Assembly: GCA_046759445.1 (NCBI GenBank) | Contig: JBHICG010000028.1 | Span: forward strand, 1-39,360 | Reading direction: 5' to 3' | DNA length: 39,360 bases | From: Candidatus Scalinduaceae bacterium | Lineage (GTDB): Bacteria; Planctomycetota; Brocadiia; Brocadiales; Scalinduaceae | Part shown: positions 11,489 through 21,253 of the stretch, one piece after another | How positions within the stretch are numbered: the first letter of the stretch is position 1 | Layout: each line of letters starts with the position of its first letter | The notes under the pieces: generated by a model | Told to the model about the DNA's origin: nothing | The model's database searches: none | Seen by the model: only the letters and a program-made list of their open reading frames with translations | Position numbers and translations under genes: made by a program

Positions 11489-11633
11489 GTAGCGGAACAC
11501 CTTTGGCAACTCGGAGAATTGCACGGTTTCCACTAAATCTACATACTATTAATTTTATGTCTAATTTCAGAAATATACATGCCATCTTTGTTGGAGACCG
11601 TGCAATTCTCTGAATTGCCATAGACCTCCGCTA
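11489..11633. repeat. Long imperfect inverted repeat (REPIN/MITE-like) between ccsA and ccsB
   Basis: Left arm tagcgga...tggcaactcggagaattgcacggtttcca matches the reverse complement of right arm tggagaccgtgcaattctctgaattgcca...tccgcta; about 45-bp arms around an AT-rich spacer; left end begins GTAG. Confidence 0.8.
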
Positions 11634-11647
11634 AGTGTGAGAGATAG

Positions 11648-12610
11648 ATGAAAAAGGTTTACGGCTTCTTAAAATCTCAAAAAACTGGAATAATAACGGG
11701 CTTTACGGTTACAGGGCTCCTAATAATAGGGAGTTTGATTATGAATTTTAAGCCTGAGGCTTATGAAGGGCTTTCCGGAGAGGATATTACTTTCTTCTTT
11801 AAAAATATTAAGGCAGTAAACATTTGGTTTTATTTAATGTTTGTTGCTTTTGTTTTGTATGGGGTAAGCGTTTTCTTCTGTACGTTGGATTCAATTATCA
11901 GGAAGGTAAAAGGACGTATTAGCAAGATTCCATTATATGGAGCCGCAATCGTACATGTTGGTTTTTTGATTACGCTTGTCGCTCACCTGATAGGTGGTAT
12001 AGGGTCTGATTCCAGCATGCCTATCACTGTTGCAGATGCATGGGTAGAGACAGGTGATTTTGATATGAAGGTGGCTGGTCTTAAAAATACCTCATACCCT
12101 AATGGCATGCCCAGGAAGATATACGCACATATGAAAATAAGAAGAAACGGAAAGGAGTTTGACGATACACTTGGTTATAACAATCCTGTACTACTAGATT
12201 GTGGGACAAAGGAAATTCTCCTGCGTAATTATGGAAATGTACCGAAATCAATAATCTTGAATATAGGTGGAAAAACAAGAGATTTGAGAATAAACGATAC
12301 CATCATGATAAATGAATCAAAGGTATATTTAACAAATCTATACTTACCACCTATGGTTCGTAATCCTGTTATTAAATTAGTATCGGAAGATAAGACAACC
12401 AAACATAATCAAACATACATACCCATCCAGAATACTCAAATAGTCAATGGTGAGAACATAACATTTGAGGACATAAGCACATCTCCTGCTGTGGTTGTAA
12501 CAATAAAAGAAAATCCGAGTATTCCACTTACCTTAATTGCAATTGGATGCTTCAGTGTAGGGATGCTACTCGTAATCTTCAGGACAGCGTATAAGATGGT
12601 AAGGGTGTAA
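11648..12610 (+). CDS. Cytochrome c biogenesis protein CcsB/ResB-like (short form)
   Basis: Three N-terminal TM helices with FCT and a His (IVHVG), periplasmic domain with YNNP and ENP motifs, C-terminal TM; directly downstream of ccsA. Confidence 0.75.
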   Translation: MKKVYGFLKSQKTGIITGFTVTGLLIIGSLIMNFKPEAYEGLSGEDITFFFKNIKAVNIWFYLMFVAFVLYGVSVFFCTLDSIIRKVKGRISKIPLYGAAIVHVGFLITLVAHLIGGIGSDSSMPITVADAWVETGDFDMKVAGLKNTSYPNGMPRKIYAHMKIRRNGKEFDDTLGYNNPVLLDCGTKEILLRNYGNVPKSIILNIGGKTRDLRINDTIMINESKVYLTNLYLPPMVRNPVIKLVSEDKTTKHNQTYIPIQNTQIVNGENITFEDISTSPAVVVTIKENPSIPLTLIAIGCFSVGMLLVIFRTAYKMVRV

Positions 12611-12652
12611 GGATAGCCCATACATTTTTTTTCGCCAGCCTATTGTGTAAAC

Positions 12653-12850
12653 TTAAACCATTATTGTTATCGGGCTTTGACTTCGTTGCCATAAAATATC
12701 AAATCGTAAATTATCCAACACTTTCTTTGTTAATTTAAGGGTCATTTGCCTACCTGTATTTGTTATCTTCGCTGTAAAAACCAGTGCCTTCCTCCTCACC
12801 GTTGTCGCATAGCTCCCTATTTGCATTGTTTTTTCTAATACATCCTCTTT
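12653..12850 (-). mobile_element. C-terminal remnant of an IS1380-family-like transposase
   Basis: KEDVLE...SYATTVRRKALVFTAKITNTGRQMTLKLT...LRFDILWQR resembles, from recall, the IS1380 transposase C-terminus (T.RR.....AAKI...GR...LK); no catalytic core present. Confidence 0.65.
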
Positions 12851-13651
12851 ATCTGCCGCAAATAAAAAGCAGAATTTAGTCCTTAATGTTTTATTCTTTA
12901 ACGAAATCTTCACACAAAAACAAATTAACGTAAAGAAATCAACTCCAAAAAGTATAGGGTCAAATAAACTAAAAAATTGATAAAATAGAAATAATCCACA
13001 ACCACATAGTGACAAAGCTACATCTACTATTCCTGAATCGGTCATGATGCTTTTACATTCCCCTATGACTTGTTCTTTGATGCCTTCTTTATCATCATCC
13101 GTTTCTATTAGTTTATTGGCGATTATGTTATGTTCAATAACCTTCTGCTTAAGTGGTTTCTCTTTTACATGTCTGATCAAAGTCCGTTTATTTTCCTTCT
13201 CTTTCTCACTTTGCGGGAGCAAAAGGTGTTCTTTCTTCCTGCACTTTAAACATGTAAAATCTCTAGCATATATCTTATTAATAGATTTGTCTGAAAGCTC
13301 CTTTAACTTCTTACAACATTTTATACAGCATTCTTCTTGTGTATTTCCTTTCTCATCAGGCAAAATGTGAATCTTTAAATAAGCACTTCCTACCTTTATG
13401 ATATCTCCATCCACAAGCTCTACTATGTCTTTTGTCTTTTTTTCGAAATATGTCTTATTGTTGTTTTCCACATCACAAATGTAGCAATTCTCAAGAGGCT
13501 TTTTTTGTAGCATAAAGTGACGGTGATAAAACCCGTTATCATTAGAGGAGAGTTGGAGGCAAGAATAATTAGTACTGAGTTTCTCTGTAATGTACGCAGG
13601 CCGTTCTATATCTATTTTTTTGTTTTCGACAACTTCAAGGTTAATATTCAT
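12653..13651 (-). pseudogene. Mosaic ORF: degenerate FHA-like domain, CxxC...CxxC zinc ribbon, unassigned segment and transposase tail
   Basis: HRHF...NKTYF...ELVDGDIIKVGSAYLKI is FHA-like; CIKC...CLKC follows; sequence character changes abruptly near 13030 and 12850. Confidence 0.55.
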
Positions 13652-13813
13652 TTTTTTCGCAATAGTCCACTATAAAGAACAAAGAAAAACTTATAATTTA
13701 AAGAAGTATTATTATTTTTTTTCTCTCATCTCTTTCTTTCCTCTAATATTACAAGAATTTATTAATACTAAAATTTAGAGATTTTTTCTAAAATTAATGC
13801 AACTTTTCCTTTG

Positions 13814-13836
13814 TCCCTTCCTTAATAAGGAGGGGA
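13814..13836. repeat. REP-like palindrome
   Basis: tcccttcctt-aat-aaggagggga with one mismatch; same CCCTT-n3-AAGGG style as the palindrome inside the MITE at 38586-38602. Confidence 0.55.
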
Positions 13837-14520
13837 AGAGTGATACGAAAGGTGGTTTTTATGGCACGCACTAAATGATATAAATTTATAAGTAACTGCT
13901 GTATTAAAACAATATTGTTGCTATTGAACTTAAGAGATTGCTCGACTTAAGTATTAATAATCACAATAAGAATACATATGGCATTTTTGTAACAACTAAC
14001 ATATTAATCACTTGAGTTACGTTTTGTGGTGTAAGAAAATAAACTTTTTCCTATTCCAGATCTATCAGGGGCGTATTACGTCTAAAACGGATTTATTCTT
14101 GGTGTAAGGGATTTGATGAAAGTAATGTTTTTCTTCAGGTTTGAGCCGATCAGGGTTGGTTATCTTGATTGATACTTATAATGGGATTTAGTTTAAAGAG
14201 TTAACCAAATAACCATGAAAGGCAGATATTTTCAAAAGAATAAAAATAGGTTTCCTAATATAATATCAATTATTGTTTGATAGTGTAAGAAAAACCAACA
14301 CCTTGTCTTTTTTTTACATTAAGGAAATAATTTTTCCTTAAAATGTTAAATCATAAGACTTTTATTTTCCATATGTTATAGAAATATTTGCTTTGCAATG
14401 CTATTCGGCATGGGAATCGTTGTATACATATTCCGATGATAAACAGGGTTTAGAAAGAGAATACAAATTAAATGGGGTGCAGAATTAGTAAAAACAAATT
14501 TGGTTAAGGAGGATATAATA

Positions 14521-14691
14521 TTGGTAAAAAAGATATTTAAGTTGTCAAAAAAGACAATGCTTTTGTCACTGATAGGTGTTTTTTTATTATCTGGCTGTAT
14601 AGTGCCACCAGGACAAATAAAAAAACAAACAGCTCCAGGTCAGATCAAGAAACATACAGGCTATAATCCAGCATCTGGAAAATTTAAATAA
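14521..14691 (+). CDS. Small lipoprotein with two PGQIKK repeats
   Basis: AAGGAGG RBS at 14506-14512, TTG start at 14521, basic N-region, hydrophobic core, lipobox LSGC; mature part is 31 aa. Confidence 0.8.
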   Translation: MVKKIFKLSKKTMLLSLIGVFLLSGCIVPPGQIKKQTAPGQIKKHTGYNPASGKFK

Positions 14692-15014
14692 ACTTAATAC
14701 CACTGCAACTTTTGTATACAAGATGGGATTGACCTTTAATAAATAACGTAAAAATTGGTTAATCTTAGAAGAAAGAAAAAGTAATAAGAAAGATTTAAAT
14801 TAAGGCTTGGGTAAATGAACCATTAAAGCATGATCTTTATTCTTTTAAAATTTATTTAAGTATATTGGATGGTATTGGCAGACTTTATAATTATTCCAAT
14901 TATAGTCTTTGGGGGAATATTTGGTTTTTATAAGGGATTTACAAAACTTGTATCAATAGAAATATCATTTTATCAAAAGATTATGTAAAGTTAGAACTAA
15001 TGCAAGTACCTGTA

Positions 15015-15049
15015 AATAAAAGCGGACAGAGCTCTTATACCCTGTCCGT
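15015..15049 (-). terminator. Intrinsic terminator downstream of tRNA-Gln
   Basis: Minus strand acggacagggtataagagctctgtccgc followed by ttttattt: cggacag/ctgtccg stem plus U-tract. Confidence 0.75.
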
Positions 15050-15055
15050 CATATA

Positions 15056-15129
15056 TGGCTACCCGGGGAGGATTCGAACCTCCAATGAGAGAACCAAAAT
15101 CTCTAGTGTTACCATTACACTACCGGGTA
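15056..15129 (-). tRNA. tRNA-Gln (anticodon TTG)
   Basis: TACCCGG/CCGGGTA acceptor stem, G discriminator, encoded CCA, anticodon arm agaga-ttTTGgt-tctct, T-arm ggagg-TTCGAAT-cctcc. Confidence 0.97.
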
Positions 15130-15209
15130 AACTGAATATACTTTATTGATTGTGAATTGCAGATTTGGGTTAGGAATTTAAGTCTGTTTTTTCGAATTTT
15201 TATATTGTT

Positions 15210-16871
15210 TTAACTTTCGAGTATTGCACCCTTATCGGCTGATGTTACGCATTTCGCATATCTAACAAGAAATCTGTTCATAGCCTCTAAAGGTGGTGGT
15301 GACCACTTTGCACGACGAGCATTAAGCATAGATTCAGATAATTCTGCATATAGTTTACGTTTTGGAATGTCAATGATTATCTCGTCTCCATCCTCTATTA
15401 ATGCTATTGGTCCGCCTATCATTGCCTCTGGTGATACATGACCAATACAAGGTCCCCTTGTGCCGCCTGAAAAACGTCCGTCCGTAATTAAGGCAACAGA
15501 ATTGTCCATACCCATACCAACAAGCGCCGCTGTAGGTGACAACATCTCTCTCATACCAGGGCCTCCACGAGGCCCTTCATATCTGATAATGACTACAGAA
15601 CCCTGAGGGACATTTTTATTCATTATTGCCTGCATTGCGTCTTCTTCACTTTCAAAGACCTTCGCAGGACCCTTAAAGATCATCATATTGCCTGATAATG
15701 CGCTTTGCTTAATCACTGCGCCATCTGGGGCTATATTTCCATGAAGTACTGCGATGCCCCCTTCTTCATTAAAGGCATTTTGCTTTGACCTGATTATGTC
15801 GTCATCATAAACCTTTGCTCGTTTTGCTATCTCTTTTGTCCTTAATCCGCTAACTGTTATACAGTCATTCAGATCATCATCGAGTCTTTTCATCACTGCC
15901 GGTATACCGCCAGCATAAAAAAGGTCTTCCATAAAATGTTCACCACCTGGCCTTAGATTTGTTATTTGAGGGACTCTTCTGCTGATTTCGTCAAAGAGGT
16001 CTAAATTTATATTGATACCTGCTTCATCGGCAATTGCTGGAATATGCAGACATGTATTGGTCGAACCTCCGAGTGCCATGTCAATTAAGATTGAGTTCTC
16101 AAAGGCTTTTCGTGTCATAATCTTTCTGCAATTTATATCTTCCTTTGATAATTTAACTATTGCTTTTCCGCTGTCATGGGCAATTCTGTCTTTCTCTGCA
16201 GAGATTGCCAAGGCTGCAGCACATCCCGGCAATGACATCCCAAGCGCTTCAGTGACGCATGCCATTGTGTTTGCCGTATATAATCCCTGACAGGATCCAG
16301 GGCCTGGACATGCTTCCATTTCGAGCGAATCCAGTTCTTCATCATTTATTTCTCCTTTTTGTTTCCTGCCAACAGCTTCAAATGTATCACGAACTAAAGA
16401 AAGTCGCTGCATCTTACGACGTCCGGAGATCATAGGTCCGGCCGTTACCACGATAGCGGGAATGTTTATCCTTGCAACTCCCATAAGCATTCCCGGCGTA
16501 ATCTTATCACAGTTAGTCAGCAATACAAGTCCATCCAGACAATGCGCATTTGTAACACATTCTATTATGTCTGCGATCAGTTCCCTTGAGGCGAGGGAAT
16601 AACTCATCCCTTTGTGTCCCATGGCAATACCATCACAAATACCTGGTACACCAAAAATAAAACTGACACCTCCCGCCGCATATATGCCCTTTTCTATCTC
16701 CCTCTCTAAACGTCTCATATGTGTGTGGCCTGGAATCAGGTCTGTAAAACTACTGGCAATGCCTATAAATGGTTTTCCCATATCCTCTTTGGTCAGGCCA
16801 GTTGCATAAAGTAGAGCCCTTGCCGGCACCCTTTCAATACCACACTTAATAGTATCGCTGCGCAACGTCAA
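15210..16871 (-). CDS. ilvD: Dihydroxy-acid dehydratase
   Basis: [66 protein letters not shown]. Confidence 0.98.
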   Translation of the reverse strand: MTLRSDTIKCGIERVPARALLYATGLTKEDMGKPFIGIASSFTDLIPGHTHMRRLEREIEKGIYAAGGVSFIFGVPGICDGIAMGHKGMSYSLASRELIADIIECVTNAHCLDGLVLLTNCDKITPGMLMGVARINIPAIVVTAGPMISGRRKMQRLSLVRDTFEAVGRKQKGEINDEELDSLEMEACPGPGSCQGLYTANTMACVTEALGMSLPGCAAALAISAEKDRIAHDSGKAIVKLSKEDINCRKIMTRKAFENSILIDMALGGSTNTCLHIPAIADEAGININLDLFDEISRRVPQITNLRPGGEHFMEDLFYAGGIPAVMKRLDDDLNDCITVSGLRTKEIAKRAKVYDDDIIRSKQNAFNEEGGIAVLHGNIAPDGAVIKQSALSGNMMIFKGPAKVFESEEDAMQAIMNKNVPQGSVVIIRYEGPRGGPGMREMLSPTAALVGMGMDNSVALITDGRFSGGTRGPCIGHVSPEAMIGGPIALIEDGDEIIIDIPKRKLYAELSESMLNARRAKWSPPPLEAMNRFLVRYAKCVTSADKGAILES

Positions 16872-16937
16872 TTTCCTCTCTATCTCTAAAAGATGAAAAT
16901 TTAAAATATTTTTTCTACTAGTATAGTCTCGATTTGC

Positions 16938-16965
16938 ATTATATCCAAAGGTTTTATGTTGTCAA
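16938..16965 (-). promoter_or_regulatory. Sigma70-type promoter for ilvD (possibly also tRNA-Gln)
   Basis: Minus strand TTGACA (16965-16960), 16 nt, TATAAT (16943-16938). Confidence 0.75.
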
Positions 16966-17093
16966 TGCCAATCCTAATCTGGTCTATAAGCTCTGAAATA
17001 TTTGATATAAGTCTGTACAAAAGAGTCTTTATTTGGAAGTGAAAGATTTACCTTGATTTGGCTTTTAACACAGGTAAAATAGCAAACAGAGTT

Positions 17094-19748
17094 ATGGAGA
17101 CAAACGTAATCAGGAAGAAATATTTAAGTTTTTTTAAGAAAAATGGACATTCTATTTTTCCGAGCGATTCGCTTGTCCCTAGAGATGATCCAACTCTTTT
17201 GTTTACGGGCGCTGGGATGAACCAATTTAAAGAGATGTTTTTGGGAAAAGGAAAGTTGGATATCAAAAGGGCTACGACATGTCAAAAATGCCTTAGAACG
17301 GGTGACATAGAAAATGTGGGTAAAACTCCAATGCATCACACGTTTTTTGAGATGTTGGGAAATTTTTCCTTTGGAGATTATTTCAAGTTAGAAGCAATAG
17401 AACTAGCATGGGAATTTATGCTTCACGAGATGAAAATTCCAGAGGAAAGGCTGGCGGTAAGCGTCTTTTTAGATGATGAAGAATCCTACGAAATCTGGTC
17501 GAAGAAGATTGGTGTTTCAAAGAACAAGATATACAGGTTTGGTGAAAAGGAAAATTTTTGGCCTGCTAATGCTCCCACTGAAGGTCCAAACGGACCTTGT
17601 GGCCCATGCTCAGAAGTATTTTATGATCGAGGGCCGAACGTTGGGTGTAAAAGAAAAGAATGTGCCCCTGATTGTGACTGCGACCGTTTCGTTGAGGTAT
17701 GGAACCTTGTTTTTACGCAATTTGACAGAAGAGATACTGGAATCCTTGAACATCTACCTAACAAGAACGTGGATACAGGAATGGGTTTGGAAAGAATGGC
17801 CAGTGTAATGCAGGGTGTTAATACAAACTTTGAAATCGATATCTTCAAGTCCATTATCCAGAATATATCAGAGATTGTTGAGGTTAAATACGATGGTCAA
17901 ACAGAAAATGGCAAATTAATGAATCGAATAGCCGATCATATAAGGGCAATCATTTTTTGCATTTCAGATGGAGTTTTGCCAAGTAATGAAGGAAGAGGAT
18001 ACGTAGAAAGAAGACTTTTAAGAAGGGCCGTTCGTGATGGTTTAAAATTGGGAAAGAAAGAAATCTTTCTTTATAAACTTGTTCCTATAACGGCTGAAGT
18101 AATGGAAGAGCCATATCCCGAGATAAAACAACGTCGAGAGAATATTGCAAGAATCATAAAAAACGAAGAAGAAAGATTTCACGAAACTTTATTAATGGGA
18201 AAAAAGAGGTTGGAAGAACTAATGGAAGACCTTTGCAACAAAGGACAAAGAACCCTGTCAGGTTCCGAAGCTTTTCAATTGTACGATACTTTTGGTTTTC
18301 CCCTTGATATGACTGAATCAATCTTAAGAGAAAATAACCTGCTTATTGATAGGAAAGGTTTTGAAAAAGAGATGGATATGCAACGAAAACGGGCAAGAGT
18401 TTCATCTCAAATGCAGGGAAATATTTTTGACGAAGGTCCGTTAAGTAAAATAAAAGAAACAACAAAAAAAACTATTTTTCTTGGTTATGAAAAAGATGAA
18501 ACTGAAAGTAAAGTAATTGGCATAATTACAAATGAACGATTGATTAATTGTGCTGAAACTGGTCAGGAAGTACACATAGTATTAGACCAGACTCCTTTTT
18601 ATGGAGAGTCTGGAGGGCAGATTGGTGACACTGGTATAATTAAAACAAGACACGCAAAGGTTGAAATCTACGACACAAAAATCGTAAATAACATTATTAT
18701 CCATATTGGCAAGGTAATTAAGGGTAGAATTACCACAAATGAAGACGTTATTTCCAAGGTTGATGTGAAACTAAGATCTGCCATCAAGCGTAATCATTCA
18801 GCGACGCATTTACTGCATTATATCTTGCGTCAAGTGATTGGGCAACATGCTGAACAATCCGGATCTCTTGTGGCGTCTGATAGACTTCGCTTCGACTTTC
18901 ATCATTTTAGTAGTATAAAAAAAGATGAGATTTCAAGAATAGAAGAGCTTTTGAATGAAAAGATTGTGGAAAATGCTCAAGTTATTACTCAAGAAATGAC
19001 ATTAGATAAAGCAAGGGCAATCGGCACAATGGCATTATTTGGCGAGAAATATGGTGAAAAGGTTAGGGTAGTGAGTATTGAAGATTATAGCCGGGAACTC
19101 TGTGGAGGTACACATGTGAACTATACTGGTGAAATAGGTTTATTTAAAGTCATAAATGAATCATCAATAGCTGCGGGGATACGAAGAATTGAAGCTGTAA
19201 CAGGTAAAGAAGCCCTCTCAAAGATAAATCACAAAGAGGAAATACTTGAACGACTATGTAATATTCTCAATGTTCATGAAGATGCGGTTGTCCAACGTAC
19301 CGAGGACATGTTACAGCAAATAAAAAGTTTGAAAAAGGAAGTTCAAAAGATAAGGAAGGATAGCGCATTAGAACATATTTCTAAACTCATTGCAAATGCC
19401 AGGGAAATATCAGGTGTAAAGATTGTAACAGAAATGATAAAAGGAGTAGAAAAAGAAGATTTAAGGAAAACTGCAGATTCGTTGAAGAAAAGTTTGGGTT
19501 CAGTTGCAATAGTTCTGGGAACCACTGATAATGGGCGCGTGAACCTAATAACTGCATTAAGTAATGATTTGGTTCAAAAGGGGCTTCATGCTGGTAATGT
19601 AGCCAGGGGTATGGCGAAAATTCTTGGTGGAGGTGGTGGAGGGCGCGCTGATATGGCTCAAGCTGGTGGTCGTTTTATAAATAAGATTGACGAAGCCTTT
19701 GATTTTGCATTTAAGATTATACGTGAAAAAATAGAACATTCCATATGA
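17094..19748 (+). CDS. alaS: Alanine--tRNA ligase
   Basis: DPTLLFTGAGMNQFK, HHTFFEMLGNFSFGDYFK, DTGMGLER, editing motifs HSATH and ELCGGTH, GGGGGRADMAQAGG; ATG at 17094 preferred over TTG at 17058. Confidence 0.99.
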   Translation: METNVIRKKYLSFFKKNGHSIFPSDSLVPRDDPTLLFTGAGMNQFKEMFLGKGKLDIKRATTCQKCLRTGDIENVGKTPMHHTFFEMLGNFSFGDYFKLEAIELAWEFMLHEMKIPEERLAVSVFLDDEESYEIWSKKIGVSKNKIYRFGEKENFWPANAPTEGPNGPCGPCSEVFYDRGPNVGCKRKECAPDCDCDRFVEVWNLVFTQFDRRDTGILEHLPNKNVDTGMGLERMASVMQGVNTNFEIDIFKSIIQNISEIVEVKYDGQTENGKLMNRIADHIRAIIFCISDGVLPSNEGRGYVERRLLRRAVRDGLKLGKKEIFLYKLVPITAEVMEEPYPEIKQRRENIARIIKNEEERFHETLLMGKKRLEELMEDLCNKGQRTLSGSEAFQLYDTFGFPLDMTESILRENNLLIDRKGFEKEMDMQRKRARVSSQMQGNIFDEGPLSKIKETTKKTIFLGYEKDETESKVIGIITNERLINCAETGQEVHIVLDQTPFYGESGGQIGDTGIIKTRHAKVEIYDTKIVNNIIIHIGKVIKGRITTNEDVISKVDVKLRSAIKRNHSATHLLHYILRQVIGQHAEQSGSLVASDRLRFDFHHFSSIKKDEISRIEELLNEKIVENAQVITQEMTLDKARAIGTMALFGEKYGEKVRVVSIEDYSRELCGGTHVNYTGEIGLFKVINESSIAAGIRRIEAVTGKEALSKINHKEEILERLCNILNVHEDAVVQRTEDMLQQIKSLKKEVQKIRKDSALEHISKLIANAREISGVKIVTEMIKGVEKEDLRKTADSLKKSLGSVAIVLGTTDNGRVNLITALSNDLVQKGLHAGNVARGMAKILGGGGGGRADMAQAGGRFINKIDEAFDFAFKIIREKIEHSI

Positions 19749-19768
19749 TTTCCTATGTTGTTTTTTGC

Positions 19769-19797
19769 TTGACAAAGATAAGGTACAACTATAGTAT
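19769..19797 (+). promoter_or_regulatory. Sigma70-type promoter for the rpmF-plsX-fab operon
   Basis: TTGACA (19769-19774), 17 nt, TAGTAT (19792-19797); TATAAT also at 19795-19800. Confidence 0.65.
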
Positions 19798-19968
19798 AAT
19801 GCGACTAAGTGAGTAGTAAATCTCTTATAAGTTTTTAAACTTAAAGGAGATAGATAAAAAAAGGGAAGGACAAGAAAGTAATGGGAAGCTTGGCAACAAT
19901 TCATTACATTATCCCTTTCTTTCTTCTTCTTCCCTTTATTTATTTTAGCTTTTAATTTAAGAACACAA

Positions 19969-20199
19969 ATGCCAAATCCAAAAAGAAAACATTCAAGTTC
20001 CAGAACACGTAAACGGCGTTCACATGATGCATTGAAGACACCAAACATTCCAAGTTTAGAATTTAACAAAAAGACTTCGGGACCCAGGTCAAAGAAGTTT
20101 ATTTGTCCTCAGTGTAAGCAGATAAAAAAACCACATACAATTTGTCACAATTGTGGTTACTATCGTGGCCGCCAGGTAATTACCGTAGAGAGAGCGTAA
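19969..20199 (+). CDS. rpmF: 50S ribosomal protein L32 (zinc-ribbon type, with internal insertion)
   Basis: MPNPKRKHSSSRTRKRRSH, CPQC...PHTICHNCGYYRGR; canonical position upstream of plsX. Confidence 0.96.
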   Translation: MPNPKRKHSSSRTRKRRSHDALKTPNIPSLEFNKKTSGPRSKKFICPQCKQIKKPHTICHNCGYYRGRQVITVERA

Positions 20200-20202
20200 A
20201 TT

Positions 20203-21219
20203 ATGCGTGTTGCCGTTGATGCCATGGGTGGTGACGCAGCTCCATTCGAAATCATAAAAGGAGCCGTAAATGCAGCCCATGTTTTTTCTAAACATGAGAT
20301 AATACTCGTAGGTGACCAAAAGCGAATTCATAATGAATTAGATACAATTGGTCATACTTCTAATAATATATCCATTGTTCACTCTTCACAAGTAGTAGGT
20401 ATGAATGAGTCCGCAACGGTTGCTGTTCGGAAAAAGGTTGACTCATCAATTACTAAAAGTGTTGTACTAGTATCAAAAAATGAGGCAGATGCTATAGTGA
20501 GCGCCGGAAACACGGGTGCAACTGTGGCTGCGGCAACTTTATTTCTTCGTACCTTAAAAAATGTTAAGCGTCCTGGAATAGCTGTAGCAATACCAACCCT
20601 TCACGGCACATGTTTAGTAATAGATGCTGGGGCAAATATTAAATGTAAACCTATACATTTGTTACAGTATGGAATCATGGCTTCAGTATTTTGTAGTTAT
20701 ATCTTCAATATTGAAAAACCAAGGGTTGGGCTACTGAATATAGGCGAGGAAGATGTTAAGGGCAATGACTTAGTTAAAGAAGCATTTGCACTCCTTTCGA
20801 ACTCACAAATAAATTTTATTGGAAATGCTGAAGGTAGAGATGTATTTGATGGTAAGTTTGATATTGTAGTATGCGAAGGCTTTATTGGCAATGTCTTGCT
20901 GAAATTTGGTGAAGGTCTTGCCATAAGCCTTTTGTCTGCTTTTATCTCAGAAGCGAAGAAGAGTATTAGGACAAAAGTTGGTGCGTGGCTTTGTAAACCC
21001 ACGTTCAAACAATTGCATAGCAAGAATGACTACTCTGAATATGGAGGGGTGCCACTTCTTGGGATTGATGGAATATGCGTAATCGCACATGGCAGGTCAG
21101 ACTCAAAGGCAATTCAAAATGCAATAAGGGAAGCGATACAATTTGGGAAATATAAAGTAAACGAACATATTGTTGCAGAAATAAAGAGCGCAGATTCGCT
21201 TCTCGCAACTGTTGTTTAA
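20203..21219 (+). CDS. plsX: Phosphate acyltransferase PlsX
   Basis: AVDAMGGD, VSAGNTGA, DAGAN, LLNIGEE, GFIGNVLLK, YGGVPLLG, HGRSD. Confidence 0.98.
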   Translation: MRVAVDAMGGDAAPFEIIKGAVNAAHVFSKHEIILVGDQKRIHNELDTIGHTSNNISIVHSSQVVGMNESATVAVRKKVDSSITKSVVLVSKNEADAIVSAGNTGATVAAATLFLRTLKNVKRPGIAVAIPTLHGTCLVIDAGANIKCKPIHLLQYGIMASVFCSYIFNIEKPRVGLLNIGEEDVKGNDLVKEAFALLSNSQINFIGNAEGRDVFDGKFDIVVCEGFIGNVLLKFGEGLAISLLSAFISEAKKSIRTKVGAWLCKPTFKQLHSKNDYSEYGGVPLLGIDGICVIAHGRSDSKAIQNAIREAIQFGKYKVNEHIVAEIKSADSLLATVV

Positions 21220-21253
21220 TGAGACAATTACCTGATATAAGTTAGGATGGTTA

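Noticed and set aside
13861..14425. Sigma54 promoter candidates (tggcacg at 13862; cggcatg near 14406)
   Set aside because: Neither has GC at the required -12 position.
14860..14932. Short hydrophobic frame VYWMVLADFIIIPIIVFGGIFGFL
   Set aside because: Too short, preceded by in-frame stops and without a clear RBS; could be a decayed gene but cannot be supported.
12611..15055. Genomic island integrated at the tRNA-Gln 3' end
   Set aside because: No direct repeat of the tRNA 3' end and no integrase found; the tRNA keeps its own terminator.
17598..17690. Cys-rich segment in AlaS (CGPCSE...CKRKECAPDCDCDRF)
   Set aside because: A common variant in bacterial AlaRS, not novel.
19557..20069. 170-aa minus-strand ORF and the other short ORFs overlapping assigned genes (for example 5959-6378, 6573-6932, 13044-13370, 38102-38458)
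   Set aside because: Antisense or alternate-frame to well-supported genes, or spanning repeats, with no recognisable motifs.
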